The notes under the pieces were generated by a model, which had not been told where the DNA came from, ran no database searches, and worked only from the letters and a program-made list of their open reading frames with translations. A stretch of DNA of 64,000 nucleotides from Scenedesmus sp. PABB004. Its lineage: Eukaryota. The DNA lies in NCBI GenBank assembly GCA_014905635.1, contig CM026547.1, positions 3,720,001-3,784,000 on the forward strand, read 5' to 3'. How positions within the stretch are numbered: position 1 is the first letter of the stretch; every line of letters starts with the position of its first letter. Made by a program: the position numbers and the translations under genes. Shown here piece after piece: positions 11,601 to 24,100 of this stretch.

Positions 11601-14600
11601 CCCGGCGCCGCCGCGGCCGCCGCGGCCGCGACCGCCGCGTGGCACGCAGCCTGCTGCAGCAGCGGCAGCAGCAGCGGCAGCGCCTGCTGCGCCTGCTCAT
11701 CCGCCGCCGCCAGCAGCTGCTGCAGCGGCGCCGCCCAGGGCGCGAGCGCGGGCGGCAGCGCCTGCACCAGCTGCGCCAGCTGCACGCTGCTGCCCCCTGC
11801 GCCGCCGCGAAGCGCGGCCGCCGCGCGCTCCCGGCTGCCACCACCTGCGCCAGCCGCACCTGCAGCAGCCGCTGCGCCAGGGCTGCGCCGCCGGGCGCGG
11901 CGCGGCACAGGCTCGCCGCCGCGGCGCGCAGCGCCAGCTGCGGCAGCAGCAGGCCGCTGCCGCCGCCGGCCGCGCCCGGGCCCGCCAGCAGCGCCACCGG
12001 CAGCAGCGCCTGCTGTGCCGCCGGCAGCTGCGCCAGCAGCTGCACGGCGCCGTCCGCTGCGCCGCCGCTCGCCGCGAGCTCGACCGCCAGCGCCTGCGCG
12101 AGCAGCCACGCCGGCAGCGCGGCGTCGCGCGCCGCCGTCGCGAGCGTCGACTGGCGTGCGAGGTCGCCGAAGCCCAGCCAGACGGGCCACTGGCACGGCC
12201 GCAGCAGCTGGTTGGGCCAGGCGTGGCCCACGGCGCCGGCGGCAGCTCCGCCGGCGCCGAGGCCGGGCCCGTCCGGCATCTCGGCGTCCTGCTCCGCCTC
12301 GTTGCTGGCCTCGGCGTCCGCGGGCGCGAGCGCGTCCAGCGCCATGGCGGCCTCCGGCGGCGCGAGTCCCAGCGCGTCGCACAGCGCCAGGAACGCAGCC
12401 TGCGCCTCGGCGGCGAGCGCCGGCGTGGCCGCGAAGCCGCGCACGTACGCCTGCACCCAGCCGCCCCACAGCGCGGCGGCGAGGCAGCGCCCCTGCGCGC
12501 GCAGCGCGCCCGCCGACGCCGCCCACGCCTTGGCCTCGCGCAGCCCGGGGGCACGGCGGTGCGCCGCGGCGCACGCGGCCGCCATGGCGCCGTGCGCGGC
12601 GGCCATGGCCGCCAGCGGCGCCGCGCCGACGACACCCGCGGCGGCCAGCTGGTCCTCCAGGTCGGGCTGCCCCGACAGCGCCCAGCTGGGGTGCAGGTGG
12701 GCGGTGCACTCCGGGATGCGCACCAGCGCCTGCGGCGGCGGGGGAGGCGCGCGCGCGGCGCGTGAGCGCGGGTGGGCGCGCGCGCACGCGCGCTCGCGGG
12801 CGCTGGCGACTCTGGCGGCGGCGCTGGTGCATCAGTATCAAAGTTTTTGGAATTGTTTGTGCCCTCACGGAGGGTCAGGCAGCGAAAGCTCTCATCCTCT
12901 GCAGCAGCGCGCGCCGGCCACGCCAGGCCCACACCGCAGCGGCCGCACCCCGTCTGCCCGCGCCGCGCACCTGCTCCGGCGGCGCGCCGTCCGCCTGCCC
13001 GCCAGCCGCCGCGCCTGGCTCCGCGACGCCGCCGCCGCCGCTCGGCAGCAGGCAGAGCTCCACGCCGCGGTTGCGCATCGCGCGCGACACCTGCGCGGGG
13101 AGCGCGGCGGCGTGAGCGTGCACGGCAAGCGCGCCCGCGCGCCCGCGCGCCCCCCGCGCCCCGCGCCCGCGGCGCACCTCTCCGTGGCGGGGGTCGTACG
13201 CGAGCAGCAGGCGGAAGGCCGGGTGCGGCGACACCACGCGCCCGCCGCCGCCGCCGCCGCCGCCGGCCTCGTCGAGCTGCAGCACGCCGTGGGGCTCGAG
13301 CAGGCCGTTGAGGCGGTCCAGCACGGTGGGGTTGACCAGGTTGGCGTTGTCCAGCAGCACCCAGCCCCCGCCCGCGATCGCGCGCGTGAGGCTGCCGTCG
13401 ACCCACTCGAACCGGCCCGCCGTCGACGCGCCGCCGGGCGCGTCCAGCTCGCCCAGCAGCGCGGCGGCGCGCGCGGACAGCTCCGACACCGTCGCCTGCA
13501 GGCCCGCGAGCGCCGCGAGGTGCTGGAGCTGCTGCGGCGGCGCCGCGTCGACCGCGTCGGCCGCCGGCAGGCGCGCCGGCAGCGCCTGCAGGCGCTGCAG
13601 CAGCGCGTGCAGGCGCTTGAGCTGCCGCAGCGTGTCGGCCACCGACTGGCCGTCGGCGGCGCCGCCGCCGGCCTCGGGGTCGGCGCCGGCCGCGCGCGTG
13701 CCGTGCGGCTGCAGCGTCTGCGCCTCCTGCATGCCGGCGGCCGCCAGGGCGTAGCTGTCCCAGCCGTCCTGCAGCTCCGCGGCGGCCCGCACGTACGCGC
13801 CGCCGGGCTGCTGCGGCCTGTCGCCGCCCCCCGGCGCCGCCGCGCGAGCAGCAGCAGGTGCTGCGTCGCCACCGTGAGCGCGGCGTGCGCGGCCGCCGCC
13901 AGCTCCTGCACCTTGCGCGCGGGCTCCACCTGCTCAAAGCTGCCCAGCAGGTCGCTGGTGTCGGTGCCCTGCGTGAGCGCGAGCTCCTGCAGCTCCACGC
14001 CGACGAGCTGCGCCGCGAGGCGGGCGAGGCTGGTCTTGCCGGCGCCGCTGGGGCCGACGAGCAGCACCATCCACCCCGCCGCGAGCGCCGCGACCGCGCT
14101 CTCCAGCAGGGGCGCCTGGGCGGCCGGCAGCAGCAGCTCGCGCGCGCGGGGCGGGCCCACGGAGGGCGGGCCGCCCGCTGCCGCCGCGCCGACGGCGCGG
14201 GGAATGACCGCCAGGCCCACGCGCAGCAGCTCTGGCGTGACGACCACGCCGGGGCGGCCCGCGGCCGCGGCGCCGGCGCCACCGGCCGCCACCGCCAGGC
14301 TGCTGGGCGCGGCCAGGGGGCGGCCCCACACGCGCGCGAAGAGCGCGGCCAGCGCCTGCCGGTCGGCGTGCGTGCGCAGGCGCTGCGTGAAGAGGGCGCC
14401 GACAAAGTGCTCGGCCGCCGCGTCCAGCGCCGCGCCGTCGTGCGCGCCGCCGCCCGGGTCCAGGTCCATCGCGTCGCGCGCCTCTGCGGACGCGCCCTGC
14501 GCCGCCGCCGCGTGCGCGCACACGAGCTCGCACCAGCGCAGCAGGTCGCGGAGGTTGAACTCCCACGGCCCGCCCGCCGCCGCAAACGGCGCGCCGCCGG

Positions 14601-17600
14601 CGCCGCCGGCGCCGCCGCCGCGCCGCCGGGGCTGCTGCTGGCGTCCTGCATCGCCGCGAGCAGCGCGACCATCCGGGCGACCAGGCCCGTCGGCAGCTCC
14701 GGGTGCAGCGCCGCCGCGATCGCGGCGAGGTCGGGCGGGCCGAGCAGCTCCACGCTGACGCGCGTGAAGCGGTTGAGGAACGACTTGGGCAGGCCCTTGC
14801 GCCCGCCGCCCTCCTGCAGCGGGTTCTGCGCCGCAAAGAGCCGGAAGCGGCCGTGCGCGGCGAAGCTCGCGCCCAGCTCCGGCACAAACAGCGCGGCGCG
14901 GTGGTCCAGCAGGCCGTTGAGGCCCTCCAGCACGCTCTGGCCCGCGAGGTTGAGCTCGTCGAGCAGCACCCAGTGCCCCGCCTTGACCGCGCCCAGCAGC
15001 GGCCCGTCGCACCTGCGCGCGCGCGCGCGCAGACGCGGGCGCGGGCGCGGCGTGGGCGGCGGCGCGGCGGGCGGGCCCGGCCGCGGCGCGCGCGTGCCGC
15101 GGCCGCGCCGGCGCCCCGCCCCGGGCCCGGCGCCGCGGCGCACCAGGCAAACTGCCCCGCCGCGCCGCCGGCGGCGGGCAAGTCGGCGCCGAGCAGGTCG
15201 GTCATGTCTGTGTGCTCGCTGCAGTTGATGCGCACCAGCCGCGCGCGCCGCCGCGCGCGCGAGCGCCGCCACCAGGCTCGTCTTGCCCACGCCGGGGCTG
15301 CCCTCCAGCAGCACCGACTTGCCCAGCTGCGGCGCGGCGGCGGGGCGGGGCGGAGAGGGGCGCGCAGCGGGGGCGTGGTGAGCGGCCGCCGATCCCGCGC
15401 CGAGGCGGCGGCGGGCGCCACGCCGCGCCGCACCTGCATCGCGCGCAGCAGCCGGAAGGCGTTGCGGCACGTCGTCGGCGCCGCCCAGTTGAAGCGAGGC
15501 CCGCCAGCCGCGCCGCCGCCGTCGCCGCCGGCGTCTGCCGGGGCGCCCCGCGCTACAAAAAATGGCGGGATGCCCCAGCGTCCGTCCTGTGTGGCCACGT
15601 CCACGGGCGCGCCGGGCGCCAGGCGCAGCTCGCCCGCCGCCTGCGCGACCGCGGCCGCCGCGTCGCCCGGCGGCAGCGCGTCGCCGTCGCGGCCGTCGGC
15701 GCCGGCGAGCTGGCGCTCCAGCAGCGCTCGGCACTTGGCGCGCAGCGGCGCGAGCGCGGCGGGCGGGATGCCGAGGCCCAGGCCCAGGCCGTCGAGCAGC
15801 GTGAGGTGCGCGCCGTGCGCGTACGCCGGCAGCGGGCCCAGCGCCGGCGACGTGGCGTTGATGAACCCCACCCAGGCGAGCAGGTCGCGCACGCTCAGGC
15901 CGCCGCGCGCGCCGGGCGGCGCGGCCGCGGCAAAGGCGGCCCAGAAGTCGAGCAGGCGGCGGCTGAGCGCGGCGCGCGCCGCCGACGCCGCGAGGCGGCT
16001 CTCGAGGATGGCGAGCAGCTCCGCCTCGTCCGTCAGGGCGGGCACCCAGATCTGCACGCGGCGCCCGGCACGGCAGGGTCAGCGCGCAGGCCGCGGCGCT
16101 GCGGTGCGCTGTGGCGCGGCGGCGGCGCGCTGCGCGCACCTGCGTGAAGCGGTTGCTGAGCGCGGGGCTGAGCTCCTTCTTGCCAAAGTCGCCGCCGGGG
16201 TTCATCGTGGCGAGGACGAGGAAGCCGGGCCGCCCGACCACGAGCTCCGCGCCGCCGCCGCCCTTCTCCGCCAGCGTCAGGCTGCGCCCCGGCTCCAGCA
16301 CGCTGCGGCGGCGGCAGCGGCGGCGGCGGCGGCGGTGCGCGCGCTCGGCGGCCGCCACCCAGCGCGCGGCCGCGCCCGGGCTGCCGCGCCGCGCGCGGGC
16401 AGGAGGGCCCCTCCCTCGCCACCGACCGCGGCGCGCGCGCGCCGCCGGGCGCACCTGTTAAGCCGCTCGAGCACCGCGTCCTCGGCCAGGTTGAGCTCGT
16501 CCACCAGCAGCAGCTCGCCGCGCCGCATCGCCACGACCAGCGGGCCGTCCTCCCAGCCAAATGGCGCGCGCGCGGCGGCCGCGGCGGCTCGCAGCGCCGC
16601 GACGCCCGCGGCGAGGCCCTCAAGCGCGGCTGAGAGCTCGCCGGGCGGCGAGGCCGCCGCCGCGGCGACGTGCTCGGCCGGCGGCTGCGCGGCGCCGGGC
16701 CTCGGCCCCGCGTCGGCGCCGCCGTCGGGCTGCTGCGCCGCCAGGCCCGCCTGCAGCACCGCCTGCAGCCCCCCGGCGTGCGCGAGGAGTGCCTGCAGCA
16801 GCTCCTCCACCTCGACCGGGCTCGCCGCCTCGGCCGCGGCGGCGCCCAGCGCCGGCGGCGGCGCCGCGCCCGCCAGGCGCCAGCCTGGCGAGGCCAGCAG
16901 CTCCTGTGCCTGCGCCCTGAACTGCGCAAGGTCCCTGCACGGCGCGCGCAGCGCGGCGGCGTCGGCGCGGCAACGCCAGCGCCGCGGCGGCGGCGCCAGC
17001 GCGCGGCCCTCGCAGGCCGGGCCGCGCAGCGCGCCGCGCGTCGCCGCTGGCCCACCTGTCGCGGCTGCGCGTGGGCCTGAAGCCGCCGAGGAAGTCAGAG
17101 GTCTCGGTGTGCTGGTTGCAGTTGAGCACGTGCAGCGCGGTGCTGCGCATGAGCGCCAGCAGCTGGCACACGCTCGTCTTGCCCGTCCCCGTCTCGCCCA
17201 CGAGCAGCACCGGCTCCTGGTGCCGCAGGCACCGGTCGACCAGGGTGTAGAGGCGCCGCAGGCTGCGCGTCCACACCATGCCCTGCAGCGCCGCCTCGAT
17301 CGTGGCCGCCTCGCCCCGCGCCGCCGCGGCCGCGCCCGCCGCGGCCTCCGCCGCGGCCGCCGCCGCGAGCGCCGCAGCGGGCCCGGCCGCGGCGGCGCCG
17401 GCCGCGGCCGCCGCCTGCGCGGTGGCGGCCGCCGCGCTCGCGGCCTGCGCCGCGGCGAGGGCCTCCGCGAGGCGCTGCTGGGGCTCGCCGCCGACCTGCT
17501 CGTACACCTGCGGCGGCGCGCAGCGCAGCGGGGCCGCGTCCGACGCGCGTGCGGGGCACCACCGCCGGCGCCCCCGCCCGCCACGGCCGCTGCGGTGCCG

Positions 17601-18406
17601 CACAGGGCCTGCACGCAGCAGCCGCACCTGCTCCATGTCGAGCTTGACGCGCAGCACCGCCTCCAGCACCTCCACCACGACGCCGCGCTCCTCCGCGCCG
17701 CGCAGGCGCTCGCCGAGCACCATGAAGCCGTCCACCGCGAGCGCCTCGTACCCCACCGCGCCGCGCTCCGCCCACCTGCGCCGCAGCGCAGAGGCGGCGG
17801 GGTGGGGCGCGCCGACGCGGCGCGTCAGTCGCACGCTGGCGAAGGGCAGGCGCGCGCCGCGGGCCGCGGCCTGGCGCAGCGCGCGGACGTGCGCGCGGTG
17901 GCCGCTGGCGCGGCGGTGCGCTGCGCGCCTGAAGAGGTCGCGGGGCGTGATGAAGCCGTGGCGCCCCGCAAAGACGTTGCTGCGCTGCCGGCGGCGCTGC
18001 AGCTCGCGCATGACGGCGACCATCTTGGCCGCGTAGCTCGGCGCGACGCCGCAGCGCTGCGCGTGTGGTGTGGTCGCGCGGCGCGGGGCGGGCAGGCGGC
18101 GTCGGCGCGCGGGGCGGGCCGGCGGCGGCACACGAGGCTGCGGCAACGGGCTCCGCGCCGCCGCGCCGCGCGCGCCGCGCCGCCGCGCCTGGTGCAGGAT
18201 GTCTGCGAGCTCGCCGTCGGGCAGCTCCTCGACGTGCAGCTCCAGGAAGCGGCCGCGGAAGGCGCGCGAGAGCGCCTTGCGCCCCGCGTACGCGCCGGGC
18301 GGGTTCTGCGTGGCAAAGAGCATGAAGTGCGGGTGCGGGCGCACGACCTCCTGCAGCTCCGGCACAAACAGCTCGCGGTTGTCGTCCAGCAGCCTGCCGG
18401 CGCGGC

Positions 18407-18473
<67 letters not shown>

Positions 18474-20145
18474 TCAGGCGCGGCGCCGAGGGCCGCGGTC
18501 GCGGCGGGCGCTGGGCGGCGCCCCGAGCCGGGGGGGCCCGGGCCTGCAACAGGTGTGTGGCGGGCGGGTCACCTGTTGAGCGCCTCGAGCACCTCGGTGG
18601 GCGCAAGGTTGAGCTCGTCCAGCACCACCCAGTGCCCCGCCCGCAGCGCCGTCACGAGCGCGCCCTCGCGGAACGCGAGGCGGCCTGCCGCGGCGGCGCG
18701 GCGCGGGGTCAGCGCTGCGCGCGCGCGCGCGCGCGCGCGCGCGCGGGTGCCGCTGCGACAGCCGGCGGCGGCGGCGGCGGGCGCCGCGCGCGCACCCTGC
18801 TCGTCGGGCACCCAGCTGCCGAGGTACTCTTGAAGGTCTGTGTGCTGGTGGTTGTTGATGCGCACGCACGTGTGCCCCGTCTGCGCGGCCAGGTAGGTCA
18901 CGAGCGAGGTCTTGCCGCTGCTTGTGGGGCCCTGCGCGGCGCGGGCACGGCGGGGCGCGCCCGGGCGGGCGGCGGCGGCGGGGCGTCGGCGCGGGCGCGG
19001 CGGACCCGGGGCCGTGCCCGGCGCGGCCAGCGGCCGCCGCCGCAGCGCGCGCAAGCGCCGCCGCCGCCGCCGCACCTGCAGGAGGATGGGGTGCCGCCGC
19101 GCGAGCACGCAGCGCGCGAGGTTGCACAGCGTCTGGCGCACGCTCGGCGTCAGCACAAAGCGCCGCGTGCTGCCGTCGTCGTCGGCGCCCAGCGCCGGCA
19201 GCGGCAGCGGGCCGCGCTCGAGCCAAAACTGCTCGAACAGCACGTGCGTGTCTTGGCCGGGGCAGGGCGGCGCGCGCATGAGCGACTGCGGGCGGCAGCG
19301 GCAGTTCGCGGCGGCTCGCGTGACGCAGTCGTGCGCTGTGCTGTGCCGCGCGTGCGCGTGCGCGCGCGCCACCGCCGCCGCCGCCCCGGGCCGCGGCCCA
19401 CCCACGCGCACGCGCACGCGCACGCCCACGCGCGCACCTTGAGCGCCTTGGCCCCGCCGGGCACGAGGTGCTGCAGCATGAGCGCCTCCAGGCGCGCGAC
19501 GCCGGCCGGGGAGAGCTGGGTGAGGAAGCTCATGCTCACGCCGTCCCACAGCGCGCGCGTGAGACCGTACGCCGGCGCCGCGCGGCGCGCGTAGTCGAGC
19601 GCGCGGCACAGCGTACGCAGCGAGTATGCGGGGCGCTGCCCCGCGCCGTCGGTGAGCCGGCACTCCTGCGGCGCGGACGGCGGCGCGGGCGGCGGCGTGG
19701 GGGTGCCGGCCGAGTGCCCCCCGCACGCCTCGCGCGGCCCCCACCCTCGCCCCGGCCCCCGCCCCCGCCCCCGCCCACGCCCGCCAGAGCTCGGCCCGGC
19801 TCGGCCTTGCTCAGCTCAGCTCGGCTGCGCTGAGCTCAGCTCACCGCCTCGGCCTTCGCTGCAAGGTAGAGGTCGACCACCCCTTCCACGGGCGGGCTCG
19901 GCGCCGCGCCGCTGAGGTACGCGCCGGCCAGCTGCGCCAGGTCGGCGCGGCCGCGCGGCTCGCCGACCCAGAACTCGCTGAACCGGCTGCGCAGCGGCGG
20001 CGGCAGGTCGCGCTTGCCCGCGTCGGTCGCGGGGTTCATCGCAGCGACGAGGCGGAACCCCGGGTGCCGCGCCACGACCGCGACGTCGCCGCGCTCGACG
20101 AGCAGCAGCCCGGTCGACGCGTCGTCGCCCCCTGCGAGGCCGCCA

Positions 20146-20182
<37 letters not shown>

Positions 20183-22095
20183 GTGCGCCGCCGGCCGGCG
20201 GCTGGGCCTCCAGGATGCCGGCGATGCGCTCGAGGACCTCCGGCGGCGCGAGGTTGATCTCATCGAGCAGCAGCCACCAGCCGTGCCGCAGCGCCTTGAC
20301 GAGCGCGCCCTCGACAAACGCAAACGCAAAGCCGCCCTCCGCCGCCGCGCTCGCGCGCTCCGCGGCGTCCACGTCGGCCGCAAAGCGCCGCCACTCGCGC
20401 AGCAGGCCCGCCGGCAGCGGCGGCGCCGCGGGCGCGGGCGCGGCAGCCGCCGCAGCGTCGGGCGCGGCGCCGGCGTCGGGCGCGGCGCCGGCGTCGGGCG
20501 CGGCGGCGGCGCCCTTGCCCACGCGGCGCTTCTTGGCGGGCGCGCCGCCGGCCGCCGCGCCCGCGGCCTTGCCCTTGCTGCCCGCGCGGCCGCGGCCGGC
20601 GCCGGCGCCGGCGCCCGGCGCCGCGACGCCGCCGCCGGGCGCCGCGTTCTCCTGCGCTGCGGGCGCGGGCACGGGCGCGGGCTGCGCCGCGGCCGCCGCC
20701 GCGTTGGGCTGGTCGAGGTGGAGCTTCGCGAGCGCCGTCTTGTACGCGGACAGCAGGTGGCTCCACTTCTTGCGCTGCGCGTACTTCAGCGTGCGCCCGA
20801 GGAACTCCTCGTTGTTGCCCCTGGGCGCGGCGGCGCGGCGGGCGGCGCGGCGGGCGTGGCGCGCGGCGCGCGGGGGCTGGGAGCGGGGCCGCTGGCGGCA
20901 CGGGCGGCCGGCCGGCTCGCCGCGAGCCGCCGCGGCGCACTTCTTCCAGGTGCGGCGCAGCAGCTCGCCAAACGGCTCGAGCAGCGGCAGCAGCGCCTCG
21001 CCGACGCCCACGGGCTTGTAGCCGCCGAGGAGGTCGCTGCTGTCGGTCTGCTGGCTCATGTTGAACGCGACCAGCTGCGCGCCGACCAGGCCCGCCAGCT
21101 GACTCAGCGTCGTGGTCTTGCCCGTGCCCGTCTCGCCGACGAGCAGCACGGGCTCGCCGCGCGCGAGGCACACGCCCACGCGCTCCATCACGCGCAGCGC
21201 GAGGCCCGTGGGGCTGAAGCAGCCCAGCCCCGCGGTGCCGGCGGCGCCGGGCGCGCCGGGCGCGCCGCCGCGCGCGAGCGGCAGCACGGCGCGGCCGACC
21301 TGCGCCGCCGCGCAGCAGGCAGGCGAGGGTGAGGGGGCGGCGGACCAGCGCGCCAGCCTCGCGCGGGCGGCGGCGTGGCCCGCGCGCCCGTGCCGCCGCC
21401 GCCTCCGCCGCCGCCGCACCTGCAGCTCCGCCGCGCCGACGCTGAGGTTGGGCTTGGCGAGCTCCTCGTACTGCGCCGCCGCCTCGGCGGGCCCGGCCAG
21501 GCCCCACAGCCCGGCGAGCGCGGACAGCAGGCGCAGCTTGGGCTCGTGCTTGGCCACGAGCCCGGCGAAGAGGTCGGCGGCCTCCGCAAACGCCGCGCCG
21601 CGCAGCTCGTGGTCAACGCGGCTGAGGTCAACGCCAGCGCTGGGCGGCGCCGCCGCAGCCGCTGCGGCAGTTGCGGCCTTGGCTCCCTTCTTGCCCTTCT
21701 TGGGCTTGCCCGCCGCGGCGGCCGGCGCCGCCAGCTGGCGCAAGCCGCGCGCCAGCAGCGCGCCGTGGCCGGCCGCCATGCGGCCGCACCACTTGATCAA
21801 GTCGCGCGTGCTGAACTGCCGCCCGAGCGACAGCGAGAGCTCGCCCGGGCGCAGCCCCGCGCCGCGCAGCGCGGCGGCCGCGGCCTGCAGCGGCCACGAC
21901 GCGGCCTCCCCGCCCGCGGCGGGCGCCGCCGCGGCGCCCTGCCCCGCCGCGAGCTGCACCAGCCGCACCGTGGCCTGGGCCACCGGCAGCAGCGCGCGCA
22001 GCTCCGGGAACAGCCCCTCCAGCACCTGCAGCTGCTCCGCCTCGCTCGGCGCCTCGAGGCGCACGCGCGCCCACAGGCCGCCGAGCACGTCCTGC

Positions 22096-22132
<37 letters not shown>

Positions 22133-23820
22133 TGGGCATGGCGGTGTTGACCGTGCCGATCACCTGGAGGCCCGGCGCGGCGGCGAGGACCTGCCCGCGG
22201 CTGGGGATGTGCAGCAGCCCGCTCTCCAGCAGCGGCAGCAGCGCCGCGAGCACGTCGGGCGGCGCCGCGTCGACGCCCTCGACGACGACCCAGCGCCCCT
22301 CGGCGACCGCGCGCGCGAGCGGGCCCGCCTGCCACACAAACTCGCCGGGCACCGCGGTGCAGCTGTAGCCTCCCAGCAGCGTCTTGGCGTCGGCCTGGTC
22401 GTCGAGGTGCAGCCACAGCGCGCTCGCCGCGTTGCCCGTGGCCGCCGCGAGCGCGCGGACGAGCGTGGTCTTGCCGCACCCGGGCGGGCCCTCCACGACG
22501 ACGGGGCAGCCGCGGCACAGCGCGAGCGCCGCCGCCTCGAGCGCGGCGGCCATGCCGGGCGTGCGCACGAGGCGGCCCCACTGCAGCGCGGCGCCGGCGG
22601 CGCCGGCGTCGCCGCGCGCGCTCGCGGCCGCGCCGTCGTCCCTGGCAGGGACCTCGAGGCCGCACACGCGCACAAACCCCCTGGCCGGCGGCAGCTGCTG
22701 CTGCGGCGCGTCGTGCGGCTGCCCGCCGCCGGCGCCGCCGCAGCAGGGCGCGCCGGGCGGGCACGGCTGCCAGCGCTGCGCCAGCTGCAGCGCCACGGCG
22801 GTGCGCTCCTCCTCCCACCTGCGGCCGAGCGGCGGCGCGCGGCGGTGAGCGGCGGCTGCGAGCGGCGGCTGCGGCTCGTGCTCCCTCCCCGCAGCAGGTG
22901 TCACGCAGCGGGCCGCCGCCGCCGCACCTGAGCTGCGCGGCGACCAGCTCCTCCTCGCTCAGCTGCCGCGCCATGAGCTGCCCCTGCACCGCGTCGCTGA
23001 GCCCGAGCAGCTGCGTGATGCCCCGCACCGCCGCCCAGCGCACGAGCGCGCGGGGGTCGTTCAGCAGGCGGAACCACAGCGCGCCGCGCCAGCTCAGCCC
23101 CAGGCGCGGGTGCAGCTGCAGCGCGTGCAGCGCCGCGAGCGCCAGCAGCTCGGGGTCGGGCGGCGCCGCCGCGCCGCTGGCCACCGCCCCCTGCTGCGCC
23201 GCCGCGCCGCCCGGCTGCGCCGCCAGCAGCGACGTCAGCGGGCACTCGGCGTGCCGGAACAGCCGCGCCAGCAGTCTGCGCGCAGGGCGGGGGCGGGGTT
23301 GCTCAGCGCGCTGGCGCGCTGGCGGCGGATGCGGCGCTGCAGCCGCCGGCCCGCCGCGCGGCGGCGGCCGCCGCCGCCGCACCGCGCGACCGCGGGGTTG
23401 AACTCGAGCAGCCGCAGTGCCGCCGTCGCGGCGGCCGCGGGGTGGATGCCCGCGGCGGCACCGCGCCCGCTCTCCACGCCGTCCACGAGCAGGCCGGCCA
23501 GCGCGAGCAGCTGCCCGCGCGCCGCGGCGGCCGCCGCCAGCGTGCTGCCTGGCGCCGCCAGCAGGCGCAGCCATGCCTCCAGCAGCGCGCCGTCATCCTG
23601 CACGGCGGGGCGCGGCGGCGGGCGTGGGGCCCGGCGCGCGCCGCGGCGGCCGCCGCCGGCGCTCCGTGCGGCGGCCGCCGGCGCGGCGCGCGGCGCGCGC
23701 GGGCCGCCGGCGCGGCCGCCGCCGCACCTGTGTGTTCGACAGGGCCTCCAGCTCCGGGTGCGCCCCTCTGGCGGCCGCGTCGGCCGCCAGGCGTCGGAGC
23801 GCGGCGCCGAGGGCCGCCAT
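675..23820 (-). CDS. MDN1: Midasin (Rea1/MDN1), six-AAA ribosome biogenesis ATPase with C-terminal MIDAS; multi-exon, with several apparent frameshifts
   Basis: Six Walker A motifs: GPPGCGKT ~22480, GETGTGKT ~21125, GPTSSGKT ~18920, GETGTGKT ~17185, GSPGVGKT ~15290, GPSGAGKT ~14045. Walker B motifs LLDEINLA/LLDELNLA; PWEFNLRDLLRW; D/E-rich tail ~1800-4150; SGKRLNMRRVIGYIASQFRRDKIWMRR; MIDAS VDDSRSM; C-terminus YLDTFPFPYYIVLRDIAALPATLADLLRQWFE. Start codon inferred. Confidence 0.97.
18409..18471. repeat. (GGC)n microsatellite, about 21 units, in a midasin intron
   Basis: Uninterrupted ggc run read directly from the sequence. Confidence 0.9.
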
Positions 23821-24100
23821 GCCGCCTGCTCAGCGACGGGTCGGCAGCGGCGCCATGTCTCGCGCCGAGGGCGCGCGTTCTCGACCGAACTGGCGCTGGC
23901 GCGCCGCCACGGTGATGTTATCGGCCATCGCCCCGCCCGCCCCCTCCTCTCCCGCCCGCCTCGCGCAAGTGGGCGGCCCCTGCCTCCGGTCGTGCACACA
24001 CACCGCCGCTAACAACCGATCCCGCCCGCTGCCACAACCCCAGCCCGCGCACGCCGCGGCGCAGCAGCGGCGGCAGTTGGGGCGCCGCGCCGCGCGAGGC

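Noticed and set aside
3939..18833. Very long plus-strand ORFs (2061, 1493 and 1376 aa)
   Set aside because: Antisense shadows of midasin in stop-poor, high-GC DNA; low-complexity Arg/Ala/Gly content with no motifs.
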